Assembly: GCF_000242255.2 (NCBI RefSeq)
Contig: NC_017033.1
Location: forward strand, 2,079,110 to 2,119,109
DNA from: Frateuria aurantia DSM 6220
GTDB taxonomy: Bacteria > Pseudomonadota > Gammaproteobacteria > Xanthomonadales > Rhodanobacteraceae
Direction: 5' to 3'
DNA: 40,000 nucleotides
Position 1 is the first letter of the stretch, and the number at the start of each line of letters is the position of its first letter. This document shows, piece by piece, positions 25,286 through 33,348 of the stretch. A program made the position numbers and the translations under genes. A model generated the notes under the pieces. It made no database searches. It was not told the origin of the DNA and saw only the letters and a program-made list of their open reading frames with translations.

Positions 25286-26198
25286 GATTTTTGACCTCGA
25301 TAGATTCGGGCGTGCCGCCTTGCGCGGCCAGGGTGGTGGCGTAGTCGTTGAAGTCGCCGGGAATGGGTGGCACGGCCAGCGCCGCACCGATGGCACAGGC
25401 CGCTTGTGTCGCCGCCTGCACACCGGGATTGCTGCCATCCGGCTTGGCATCGTTGTCCGCGCAGATCGTGATTGGCAGATCCGGGTAGCGATCGCGCATC
25501 ACCAGCGCTACCGCCAGCAGGTTGCCGGCACTGAAAGCGACCGCCACCGCCTGGCCGGTGCTGGCGTGCAGACTCTTGGCCGTGGCCACGCCCTCAGCGA
25601 TCAACAGTCCGTCGCGGACCTTGCCCAGCAGGCAATAGGCGCCGCGGACCATGCCGCCGGGCAAAAACCGCTTGTCACCGTCGCCGCGGATACGCTGCAG
25701 GTTGACCAGGCGGCCCTCGGCATCGTGCATCGGCACCAGCAGCTTGCCGCCAGCTTCCCGCAGCCCGTCAGCCGTCACGCCTTTACGTTGCAGGTAGGGA
25801 TGCCGCGGACTGGCCGGGCTGGCGCGCTGCCACTCATCGAACGCACTGCCGGCGGCACGCCGCTGGCGGTGACGTTGCTCGGCATCGCGTGCGGCGCGGG
25901 CCTGCTCGATGGCGATACGCTGGCGCTCCAGCTCGTCGGCCGTCATGGTGCGGCCGGACTGGCCCAGCACCACAGTATGCTGCCCGCCTTTGCGCCAGCT
26001 CCCGAACACCGCGACAGGTCGCTCCGTATCAACATACACCACGGCCCAGCCATTGCGCTTGTCGCGCCGGTCGCCTTCATCGTGGAACCTGCACAGCACG
26101 CCATCCAGGCGCAGCCGGGTCGGATCGGTCGGCGTGATGCCGTGCTGGCGCATCGCGGCCACCAGGTCGGCCAAGAGATTGCCGGTGTAGCGGCTCAT
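25266..26198 (-). CDS. Toprim-domain DNA primase
   Basis: 310 aa from ATG 26198, with GGAGG upstream. The Toprim motifs are 'LLIAEGVATAKS' (Glu) and 'ITICADNDA' (DxD). Confidence 0.75.
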   Translation of the reverse strand: MSRYTGNLLADLVAAMRQHGITPTDPTRLRLDGVLCRFHDEGDRRDKRNGWAVVYVDTERPVAVFGSWRKGGQHTVVLGQSGRTMTADELERQRIAIEQARAARDAEQRHRQRRAAGSAFDEWQRASPASPRHPYLQRKGVTADGLREAGGKLLVPMHDAEGRLVNLQRIRGDGDKRFLPGGMVRGAYCLLGKVRDGLLIAEGVATAKSLHASTGQAVAVAFSAGNLLAVALVMRDRYPDLPITICADNDAKPDGSNPGVQAATQAACAIGAALAVPPIPGDFNDYATTLAAQGGTPESIEVKNHVQLHD

Positions 26199-26563
26199 GC
26201 CAACACCTCCCCAGCGATCACCCTGGCCATGTCGGCCACCGTGGATGGATTGAAATGGAACTCGCCCGGGTCGTCGTTGAGTTTGATCTGCTGCCAATCG
26301 CTCACGTCATGAGGCCAGCTGGTCAGCACCCGACTGGCCGAGCCCTGGGACCGATTCAAGGCGGCCATGCGCTCGGCCGCGGCGCGATCGGTGGCCCAGA
26401 CATTGCACAGATACAGGATCGACACGCCCGGCAGCGGCGACGGCAGGCCCGCCAATGATCGATGATCTGCCGCGCGCACCATGTCGGCATATTCCCGGGA
26501 CAGCCGGCCGACCTGCGATGTACGGATATCGCCCATGATCGAAACCACGAAGTAACGTTTCAT
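26195..26563 (-). CDS. hypothetical protein
   Basis: 122-aa ORF with ATGA overlaps to both neighbours. Confidence 0.5.
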   Translation of the reverse strand: MKRYFVVSIMGDIRTSQVGRLSREYADMVRAADHRSLAGLPSPLPGVSILYLCNVWATDRAAAERMAALNRSQGSASRVLTSWPHDVSDWQQIKLNDDPGEFHFNPSTVADMARVIAGEVLA

Positions 26564-26907
26564 CGCGGCACCTCCCCGCCGGCAGCTGCCGCCCGCAAGG
26601 CTTGGTTCTCTGCCATCAGCTGGCGAACGGTCGCCCGCAGCTCGGTGCGCTCGTCGTCGTAGTTGGCACCGGCTTCGACAAGCAGGCGCTGCATCTGCCC
26701 GTAGACAGTCCGCTGATCGGTCATGGTGGCCAGGGTCTGAAACTCGGCCCGAGCATCATCCGCAGTCAGGCTGGCACGCTTGGCCAGGATCGCAGACCGG
26801 AACGATGCTTCATCCAGCACGGTCCACAACTTCACGAACACGTCGCGCAGGCCGCGATAGGTCGGGGTGTTCAACGGGTCAAAGCCCGGCACGGTAACGG
26901 CGCTCAT
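26560..26907 (-). CDS. hypothetical protein (helical / coiled-coil C-terminus)
   Basis: 115-aa ORF, translationally coupled downstream. Confidence 0.5.
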   Translation of the reverse strand: MSAVTVPGFDPLNTPTYRGLRDVFVKLWTVLDEASFRSAILAKRASLTADDARAEFQTLATMTDQRTVYGQMQRLLVEAGANYDDERTELRATVRQLMAENQALRAAAAGGEVPR

Positions 26908-27086
26908 CGCAGCACCTCCACCGCCATAAAAGCGCAGGTGGACAGCACAACGCCGGCAACGAACGCAGCGAAGATATCCAGATCCGTGCTGCTGACATGC
27001 AGCCAGCCAGAAGGCCGGAAGGAAAAACGAGACGTGTGGGAGATGGTGCAGGTGCGTGCAGACGCACCCTGGGCATGATGTGCCAT
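26904..27086 (-). CDS. hypothetical small hydrophobic protein
   Basis: 60 aa from ATG 27086, with AAGGAA 8 nt upstream. The C-terminus is hydrophobic ('IFAAFVAGVVLSTCAFMAV'). The longer ORF-track version is rejected. Confidence 0.3.
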   Translation of the reverse strand: MAHHAQGASARTCTISHTSRFSFRPSGWLHVSSTDLDIFAAFVAGVVLSTCAFMAVEVLR

Positions 27087-27236
27087 GGTGGGGTTCCTTG
27101 AGAGATTGGAACCGCCGCGCACAGTCGCCAAACCATGGGCGGCGGGATGCAACGGGTTGGCGAACCGGTACTCAAGGAACCCGGCAGGCCCGTAGGCCTC
27201 CCATTGCACCCCGCCATAAGCTGGGCATGACGCAAC

Positions 27237-27265
27237 AAAAAAGCGCCGAGTTGGCGCGTTGCGCC
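27237..27265 (-). terminator. intrinsic terminator candidate (minus strand)
   Basis: The minus-strand RNA reads GGCGCAACGCGCCAACUCGGCGC followed by U6. Two alternative 5-bp GC hairpins are possible. Confidence 0.4.
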
Positions 27266-27441
27266 TCGAGTAAGTCGGGTCGCCAAACCCGGCCCCGGAT
27301 TGTGCCGGGACGTGCGAATGGTGCGCGCTGGCGCATGCGATGGTCAAGCGATTTTGCATGGCTGATTCCTGATTTCAGGCAAGCCGCCCCCGTCCGGCCC
27401 GGAAACTCCATGGCCGGTGGGCACGGTATGGGCTGGGGGAG

Positions 27442-28413
27442 TTACGCCGCTTCGGGCGTGCTGGATGCGATGCGCAGGGTGTAGATGGCCACGCGGGGAT
27501 GCTTGCGGCCCTGGTCGTCGGTCATGGCTTGGAGCCGTGTGTCGATCAGATGGCCGGCTTCGCGCAGCTCCTTGATCCGTGCGCCTGGCATCATGATGTT
27601 GAGGTGTCGGCGGGCGTACATGGTGCTGACTGGCCCGAATCGCAGCGCCTGCAACATCCGGTGGCGCTGGGCCGCCGTGCTGGTATCATCAATGCGCGAG
27701 ATTGATGCGATGGGGCTTGCCTTCGGGTGAGCCTTTTTCGTGTCCGGCGCCCGCTGGATCTCCGTCACCAGGCGCATGCCGCCTGTCTGGCCAGCCGTCC
27801 CCGGCAGTGCGCGATGACTGGCGGCCAGATCCATCAGCCGCTGCTTGCGGTCCTCGTAGGGGATGCCCTGCCCCAGCAGCATGATGTTGAGCCCTTCCAG
27901 CCTCCCGACCAGATCCAGCTCGGCCATCGTCATCTGGTCGCGGTCGCGCCCGGCAAACTTGCCCGTCACCACCCAATTGATCAGCTTTGCCTCATTCATG
28001 TAGTGATGGGGCTCCGTTTCCTTGCCCTGGGCAGCGCGTACCGTCTGCAGCATGGCCGCCTGGATCTTGTGGCTGCTGGCGGCGACATGGCGCTGCCGGC
28101 GCCAATCATCCGTGCGATGCGTCGATGCCTCGTAGGCGTTGATGACGCGCAGGTAGAAGGCAGGACTGACCCACGTCGCATAGGCGATGGCCAGCTGCTT
28201 GATGACATAGGTGCCGATGCGCTGCTTGGAGGCAATAGGCGTAATTCCGCCTTTTTCGATTTCAGCGACCAGATCCTGGGTCTGCTGATTCTCGAGCCAA
28301 TACTTGGGGCGGTGCCGCTGTTCGCCGCCGGCAGCTTGATGCAGATCGTTGAGGCAGTAACGGCCGGCCTTGTCCATCCGGATCGATGTGCTTGCGATCG
28401 ACAGGCCATCCAT
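27442..28413 (-). CDS. KilA-N domain DNA-binding protein with a C-terminal winged-helix-like region
   Basis: 'GRYCLNDLHQAAGGEQRHRPKYWLENQQTQDLV...IGTYVIKQLAIAYATWVSPAFYLRVI' is the KilA-N signature. Confidence 0.75.
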   Translation of the reverse strand: MDGLSIASTSIRMDKAGRYCLNDLHQAAGGEQRHRPKYWLENQQTQDLVAEIEKGGITPIASKQRIGTYVIKQLAIAYATWVSPAFYLRVINAYEASTHRTDDWRRQRHVAASSHKIQAAMLQTVRAAQGKETEPHHYMNEAKLINWVVTGKFAGRDRDQMTMAELDLVGRLEGLNIMLLGQGIPYEDRKQRLMDLAASHRALPGTAGQTGGMRLVTEIQRAPDTKKAHPKASPIASISRIDDTSTAAQRHRMLQALRFGPVSTMYARRHLNIMMPGARIKELREAGHLIDTRLQAMTDDQGRKHPRVAIYTLRIASSTPEAA

Positions 28414-28634
28414 CAGGCGGCCTCCCTCGAGGCGGCGATGCGCTGGGCGATCCAGGCCTGTACCTCAGCCTCAGACCAGGCCGTGCAGGCCGGACTCAGC
28501 TTGATGCTGGCGGGAAAGGTGCCGGCAGCCATGTGCCGGTAGATGGAGGCGCGCTTGAGGCCGGTGGTGCGCTCCACCTCGGCAATACGGATCAGGCGGG
28601 CGACAGGGGCTTGCTGCGATACCAGATGAGACAT
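28413..28634 (-). CDS. alpA: AlpA-family phage/island transcriptional regulator
   Basis: 73 aa: 'LIRIAEVERTTGLKRASIYRHMAAGTFPASIKLSPACTAWSEAEVQAWI', the canonical AlpA/MerR-like HTH. Confidence 0.85.
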   Translation of the reverse strand: MSHLVSQQAPVARLIRIAEVERTTGLKRASIYRHMAAGTFPASIKLSPACTAWSEAEVQAWIAQRIAASREAA

Positions 28635-28790
28635 GATGAGTTTTCCTTCACCGCCTGGGGCGACGGTGTTGGATGCTCATTCTGGTCATCGGCAGATCGA
28701 GAAAAATACCAATGCCTGCAGACTACACAGTCAGCAGGCAAACTGTGCTGCCTGCTCAGCAGACAACACACTTTCAAATAGCCAGTACAG

Positions 28791-29426
28791 TCACTGGCCA
28801 TCCCATTCCGCTACCCAGCGGGCCACGGTTCGAGGATCGGCTATCACCGGGTATTGCTTCACAACGTCTCTACAGAATGCGGCTGTTGAGCGATAACTCA
28901 CTGCGCCACCTCGCCACTCGGCCCACGCAGATCGCACCAAAGGCTTAACCTCGGCATGCGGGCTCGACTCATGCCTTGCCTTTGAACCACTTTTGGCAAC
29001 TGCAGTTCGGGATTGCTTAACGGCATGTACATCGCAGCGCTGGCTCAGTATGGCATCTGCATAAAACCTGGCCTCAATCACGTAATTCCATGCCTCTGTG
29101 GAGTTTCCGAAACGATCTGATCTCAATGCATAGATGCAGCGCATCAAGGAAATCACTCCGTAGTGAATAGGTCCTTCAGGCTGCTCACTCTCCGGCATTG
29201 CCAGAACTTTCTCATGGTATTTGTCCAGACCGGCAGCCGTGACCCCCTGACAACAGACATCAACCAATTTGCTCAGCAATTCACGCTGAAAACTTTCATC
29301 GTCATCATAAAAACCAAGATCAATCAATGACCCAGCAACAGATTCAATGATCTGGTACGCATGACCTGATGGCGTCATGTGCTTGCAAGGTTCAGTAGAA
29401 CAGCCGCTCATTTCTCGCGCACCCAC
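28791..29426 (-). CDS. hypothetical cargo protein
   Basis: 211-aa ORF of lower GC than its flanks. The start is uncertain (GTG 29426, ATG 29411 or ATG 29378). No family recognised. Confidence 0.5.
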   Translation of the reverse strand: MGAREMSGCSTEPCKHMTPSGHAYQIIESVAGSLIDLGFYDDDESFQRELLSKLVDVCCQGVTAAGLDKYHEKVLAMPESEQPEGPIHYGVISLMRCIYALRSDRFGNSTEAWNYVIEARFYADAILSQRCDVHAVKQSRTAVAKSGSKARHESSPHAEVKPLVRSAWAEWRGGAVSYRSTAAFCRDVVKQYPVIADPRTVARWVAEWDGQ

Positions 29427-29589
29427 TGCCGCGCCCTGAAAGGTGCCGCGCCAGCCTGGCAGGGTGTCCAGACGTTCGGGGATCAGCCTAGGCGCGGTGG
29501 CACTAGTCTAGCGCGTCGTGGGACGATATGGGACGGCATGGGACTGTATGCTAGGGTTGGCCATCCAACAGGCTGGTGTGCTGCCGAAA

Positions 29590-30243
29590 ATGACCATGAC
29601 CGATCACCTATCTAGGTTTTCTGTAACGCTCTCCGATGGCACGGATATGACACCACAGCTTCAGCGTTTTGCTGAAATCATAGGATTGGATCGTATCGCA
29701 CCTGAGCGTTACAGCCTGTTGCTACTGCTTGGCTTGTACGGGGCCAAAGAATCAGGAAAACAAAATCCATTTAAAATCATTCAAGAAATAAAGGCATTAG
29801 AAGACCCTCAAATAGCGAGCAATCTAAAACCTGCCACTCAGTTCAAGCACCCCCCACTCAAGGGGCTATGGCACAAGCACTATCTTCAAGACGGGATCGC
29901 ATCTATGGCGCTAAACCTTCGAAAAGGAATGGATAGATATAAGTTGCCATGGGTTGAGCAACGGATAGCCGAAGCCAAGGCTGCCAATGAAAAGCGCTTC
30001 TTTTCAATGGAGGACGCCGCACACATTGCGCGAGATGCAGTCTCAGATAATTGGAAGAGGCTCACTAGAGACTCTGTCCTTACTGGCGAATGGCTCATCT
30101 ATGCGAGATATCAGAATGCAAACTACTACCTGTGTCTAGGCAAGCATCAAAACGATGACGCGGAATTAAGAAGGCAAATCGATGCCATCTGCTTACATGA
30201 ATTTCCCTTCCTATCTCAAATATTAGATCAAACTGCCAATTGA
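29590..30243 (+). CDS. hypothetical cargo protein
   Basis: The ORF is open from 29518. The likely start is ATG 29590 ('MTMTDHLSRF'). It is AT-rich, and the C-terminus reads 'LTGEWLIYARYQNANYYLCLGKH'. No family recognised. Confidence 0.5.
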   Translation: MTMTDHLSRFSVTLSDGTDMTPQLQRFAEIIGLDRIAPERYSLLLLLGLYGAKESGKQNPFKIIQEIKALEDPQIASNLKPATQFKHPPLKGLWHKHYLQDGIASMALNLRKGMDRYKLPWVEQRIAEAKAANEKRFFSMEDAAHIARDAVSDNWKRLTRDSVLTGEWLIYARYQNANYYLCLGKHQNDDAELRRQIDAICLHEFPFLSQILDQTAN

Positions 30244-30434
30244 TCCAGACATAGCTTGTCAACAATACTACCAGCGGCCCCGTACAGGACAACGATGAAA
30301 GCTGCCATTGACCGTGCCGAGGCAGCGCGACGCTGAGGCCTGGCCACTGATAGACTGCCCATGACGTATGGGTATGTCCCTGCTCATGCGCCACGGCGGA
30401 TATGTCCGGGGTGATGACCGGAGCCAGCAACACG

Positions 30435-30466
30435 CCCCCGTAGGCCGGCCAGCCTCGGGGGTTTTT
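30435..30466 (+). terminator. intrinsic terminator candidate
   Basis: CCCCCG-N15-CGGGGG followed by TTTTT. Confidence 0.5.
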
Positions 30467-30744
30467 CGTTTACAAGCGCGGGAGTCTGCCCGCCGCCGAA
30501 CGCACCGGATGACGATGCGAATCGATAACCGATCCAATTACGGAATATCCCGTAGTTGGCCAGGTCACTGGCTCGTCGTGGAATCGATGCAGTGAGCTTG
30601 GCCCAGACCACTCATCTGAGCAAACAGCGCCGGTCAGCCACTGCCCGCAGAGTCATGTGCGCATCGATGCCTGGCAGTCGCTTGGGCAGCAGATCCGCGG
30701 GGCGTTTTGAGCCTGATCGGAAGGCGGGTTTTGGGGACTTGGCC

Positions 30745-31073
30745 GTGATATGTCACCCCGTAACGCGCGCGTGCGCGCGAGGGACGCCCCTGAAGCCAGT
30801 CACAGCAACGGTTTGCGGGCATTGTGACCTGCCGACATGGTGATGCCCCGGTAACGTCCAGAACGCGGCGCTCAGGCAGTTGCCAGAGTGGCGCCGGCGA
30901 TATGTCAGCCCACTACGCGTGCGTGCGCGGGGATGGCGCCCAGGCAGACCACCTCACCGGACAGCAGGCATTCCGAGCTGGGCCAGCAGGACCGATCAAG
31001 GCGAGGATCTGGGGTGGGTGATGGGGCTGAAACGGTGATATGTCACTCCAAAAAAACGCGTGCGCGCGAGGAC
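30745..31073 (+). repeat. three imperfect ~40-bp direct repeats (GTGATATGTCAC...ACGCGTGCGCGCGAGGAC)
   Basis: Copies at 30745-30786, 30897-30934 and 31035-31073, with starts spaced 152 and 138 bp apart. Related TATGTC boxes lie at 30373 and 30401. Confidence 0.75.
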
Positions 31074-31542
31074 GGGAAAATCGCCCTGTCTGGCGAGCTG
31101 TCTGCGCCGGCCAGCCAGCGATCGGGGCACACGCCGCCGGCAACAGCCTGGGCCCGAGCCCATCCGCAGATCCGCCCCCATCCATTCAGGCCCAGCCACC
31201 CCAGCACCACCAGGACGGCCGCGCTGCAGCTGGCCAGCAGCTCCGATCCACGCAGCACACCCGCCAAGCCTCTGTCGATCGATACGCCGGCACGCTCAAA
31301 TCGGCGGGTCCCTCCTTCAGCTGGTCGCACAGCATGGCGCACAGAACGCCCGCCACGCCCCGCGCGGCATCTGAGCCATGGCAGTGCATGCCTGTCGCTG
31401 CAGGACGGCCCACAGGCGCGGCCAGAGTGATCGACGGATCAGCGCCGCAGGCAGCGGGCCCAGCGATCGCCAGCACCAGCACATGCGGAGTTTCTGGACC
31501 ACTACGCACGCGCACGCGAGCCGGCTGCCCTGGGACCATTTC

Positions 31543-31685
31543 CGTGACGTCACGAAAAAGCCCCGCCTGCCGGTCACGCTCTGTCACGGGATCGTCACGG
31601 TCCCGGCTGCTGCCGGGCACCGCATGTCACGCCAATGTCACGGCCTGTCACGCTCCATCAGAGCCAATGCTCGCCGGCGGTCACA
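31543..31685 (+). repeat. phased GTCACG box array
   Basis: The palindrome CGTGACGTCACG lies at 31543-31554. GTCACG occurs at 31573, 31583 and 31594, and again at 31626, 31637 and 31647 (10-11 bp spacing). GTCACA is at 31680. The hairpin CCCGGC-TGCT-GCCGGG (31602-31617) sits between the two triplets. Confidence 0.8.
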
Positions 31686-31917
31686 AGCCATCCTGCTTGC
31701 ACGCCGACCTGTTCTGCCCAGGCTGGCCGCGACCTATCCGCCTCACGCACCGGCGCGCGACGCGCACCGCTTGAGATGTCCCGATCCGGCCAAGTGGTAT
31801 GGTCGCAAACCAGCGTCGCGGGAACCGGCCCAAACTGGCCGATCACAGGCAGCTGGCGCGATCCAGCACCAACATTCCGTGACCAACATCACAATAAAAG
31901 CCAATTTCAGCCCAAAG

Positions 31918-32029
31918 TGGAACACCTGGAACACCTTGGAACACGTCAGGTGTTCCAAAGTGTGACGCTCATAAATGGCTCAACGGTGCGACCTCCCAGC
32001 CACTGGAACACCTGGAACACCTGGAACAC
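31918..32029. repeat. octamer iteron cluster (TGGAACAC), 7 copies
   Basis: TGGAACAC at 31918, 31927, 31937, 32004, 32013 and 32022, and inverted GTGTTCCA at 31950. Confidence 0.8.
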
Positions 32030-32109
32030 CGCAAAAGTGATAAGGGTCAGGAAAATCTCTCCGAAACTGCCGGCGACGCGAGCACAGATGCAATACCACT
32101 TTTGCCGGA

Positions 32110-33348
32110 TCAGCCCGCCTTGCTCTTGAAGGCCACCACCGTGCCGCCAGCCTTGAGACTGTCCAGGTAATCCGCCCACGCCTGCATCATCTTCTGACGT
32201 TCGGGCAGGTACTGTGCCTGGCTGGTATAGGCATCGCGCACCTTGTTCGATTCGGCATGGGCCAGCTGGCGCTCGATGGCGTCGGCGTTCCAGCCCATCT
32301 CGTTGAGCCGGGTTGCCGCCATGGAGCGGAAGCCATGAGCCGTCATCGTGGCCTTGTCGTAGCCCAGGGCACGCAGGGCTGTGTTGACGGTGTTCTCGGA
32401 CATGGGCCGGCTGTCGGTCCGAAGGCCTGAAAACACATAGCGGGCATGGCCGGTCAACCCATGCAGATCCCGTAAGATGGCCAGCGCCTGCTCGGACAGT
32501 GGCACCAGGTGCGGCGCACCCATCTTCATCTTCTCGCCCGGGATGCGCCACATCGCGCCATCCAGATCCATCTCGGCCCACTCCGCTTTGCGCAACTCAC
32601 CAGGGCGAACGAACAGCAGGGCCGACAGCAGCAGCGCGCAGCGCACCGTGAAGGTGCCGGCAAACCCATCCATGGCACGCATCAGGCCACCGATCTGCAC
32701 CGGATCTGTGATGGCGGCATGGTGGCGATTGCGTGTGGTCTTCAGCGCGCCGCGCAGGCTGGCCATGGGATCGGCTTCGCACAGCCCCTCGATGATGGCG
32801 TAACGGAATACCTGCCCAGCCTTGATCTTGGATCGGCGTGCCGTCTCAAGCAGTCCCTTGTCTTCAGTCTCCCTCAGCGCCGCCAGCAGCTCCCGCGGGG
32901 TGATATCCGCAATGGGTCGCTGACCGATGGATGGGAACAGATATTCCTCGAGCAGCCATTGATTCTTGTTGGCGGTTACCTCGGCCACGTCCTGGCGGGC
33001 GAGCCACTGCCGGGCAACTTGCTCGAAGGTCACGGCACCGCCAGCCTCGGCGGTCGCCTCTTGCTTGGCCTCCTTGCGAGCCGCACCCGGATCAATGCCA
33101 TCCGCCAGCAGCCGGCGGGCATCCTCCCTGCGCTTGCGGGCATCCGCCAAACTGATCCCGGGATAGACGCCAAGTGCCAGCCGTTTCTCTTTGCCGCCAA
33201 ATCGATACTTCAGCCGCCAGTATCGGGAGCCATTGGGCATGACCTCGAGATACATGCCACCCCCATCGGGCAGCCGGTAGCTTTTGTCACGGGGAGCGGC
33301 CTTGCGGGCGGCAGTGTCGGTCAATGGCATTGGGGGCATCTCCGCCAC
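32110..33348 (-). CDS. int: P4-type tyrosine integrase (DUF4102 arm-binding N-domain plus catalytic domain)
   Basis: 'MPLTDTAARKAAPRDKSYRLPDGGGMYLEVMPNGSRYWRLKYRFGGKEKRLALGVYP' is the P4-integrase N-terminal signature. The catalytic region has 'HGFRSMAAT' and 'AYT'. The likely start is ATG 33330, and the gene is adjacent to the tRNA 3' end. Confidence 0.9.
   Translation of the reverse strand: MAEMPPMPLTDTAARKAAPRDKSYRLPDGGGMYLEVMPNGSRYWRLKYRFGGKEKRLALGVYPGISLADARKRREDARRLLADGIDPGAARKEAKQEATAEAGGAVTFEQVARQWLARQDVAEVTANKNQWLLEEYLFPSIGQRPIADITPRELLAALRETEDKGLLETARRSKIKAGQVFRYAIIEGLCEADPMASLRGALKTTRNRHHAAITDPVQIGGLMRAMDGFAGTFTVRCALLLSALLFVRPGELRKAEWAEMDLDGAMWRIPGEKMKMGAPHLVPLSEQALAILRDLHGLTGHARYVFSGLRTDSRPMSENTVNTALRALGYDKATMTAHGFRSMAATRLNEMGWNADAIERQLAHAESNKVRDAYTSQAQYLPERQKMMQAWADYLDSLKAGGTVVAFKSKAG

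Noticed and set aside
23541-26312. Plus-strand ORFs (270, 271 and 378 aa, among others) across the helicase and primase genes
   Set aside because: They lie antisense to genes with Walker A and Toprim motifs and have Arg/Pro/Ala-rich junk translations.
31918-32029. Possible CRISPR array (short tandem repeats); the three ~40-bp repeats at 30745-31073 were also considered
   Set aside because: The 9-bp TGGAACACC units are contiguous with no spacers. The ~40-bp repeats are imperfect and about 140-150 bp apart, and no cas genes are present. Neither fits CRISPR architecture.
30268-32129. Multiple overlapping ORFs (for example 30888-31430, 31040-31774, 31186-31620, 31378-31965, 31635-32129)
   Set aside because: They overlap one another in several frames, are extremely Arg/Pro/Ser/Ala-rich, and lack SD sequences and recognisable domains. 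The region is better explained as structured non-coding DNA, though a small real gene cannot be fully excluded without comparative data.
31946-32581. 211-aa minus-strand ORF overlapping the 3' part of the P4-type integrase gene
   Set aside because: It is an alternative frame of a well-supported integrase gene. Its C-terminus ('FAVFQVFQVFQ') merely translates the octamer repeats.
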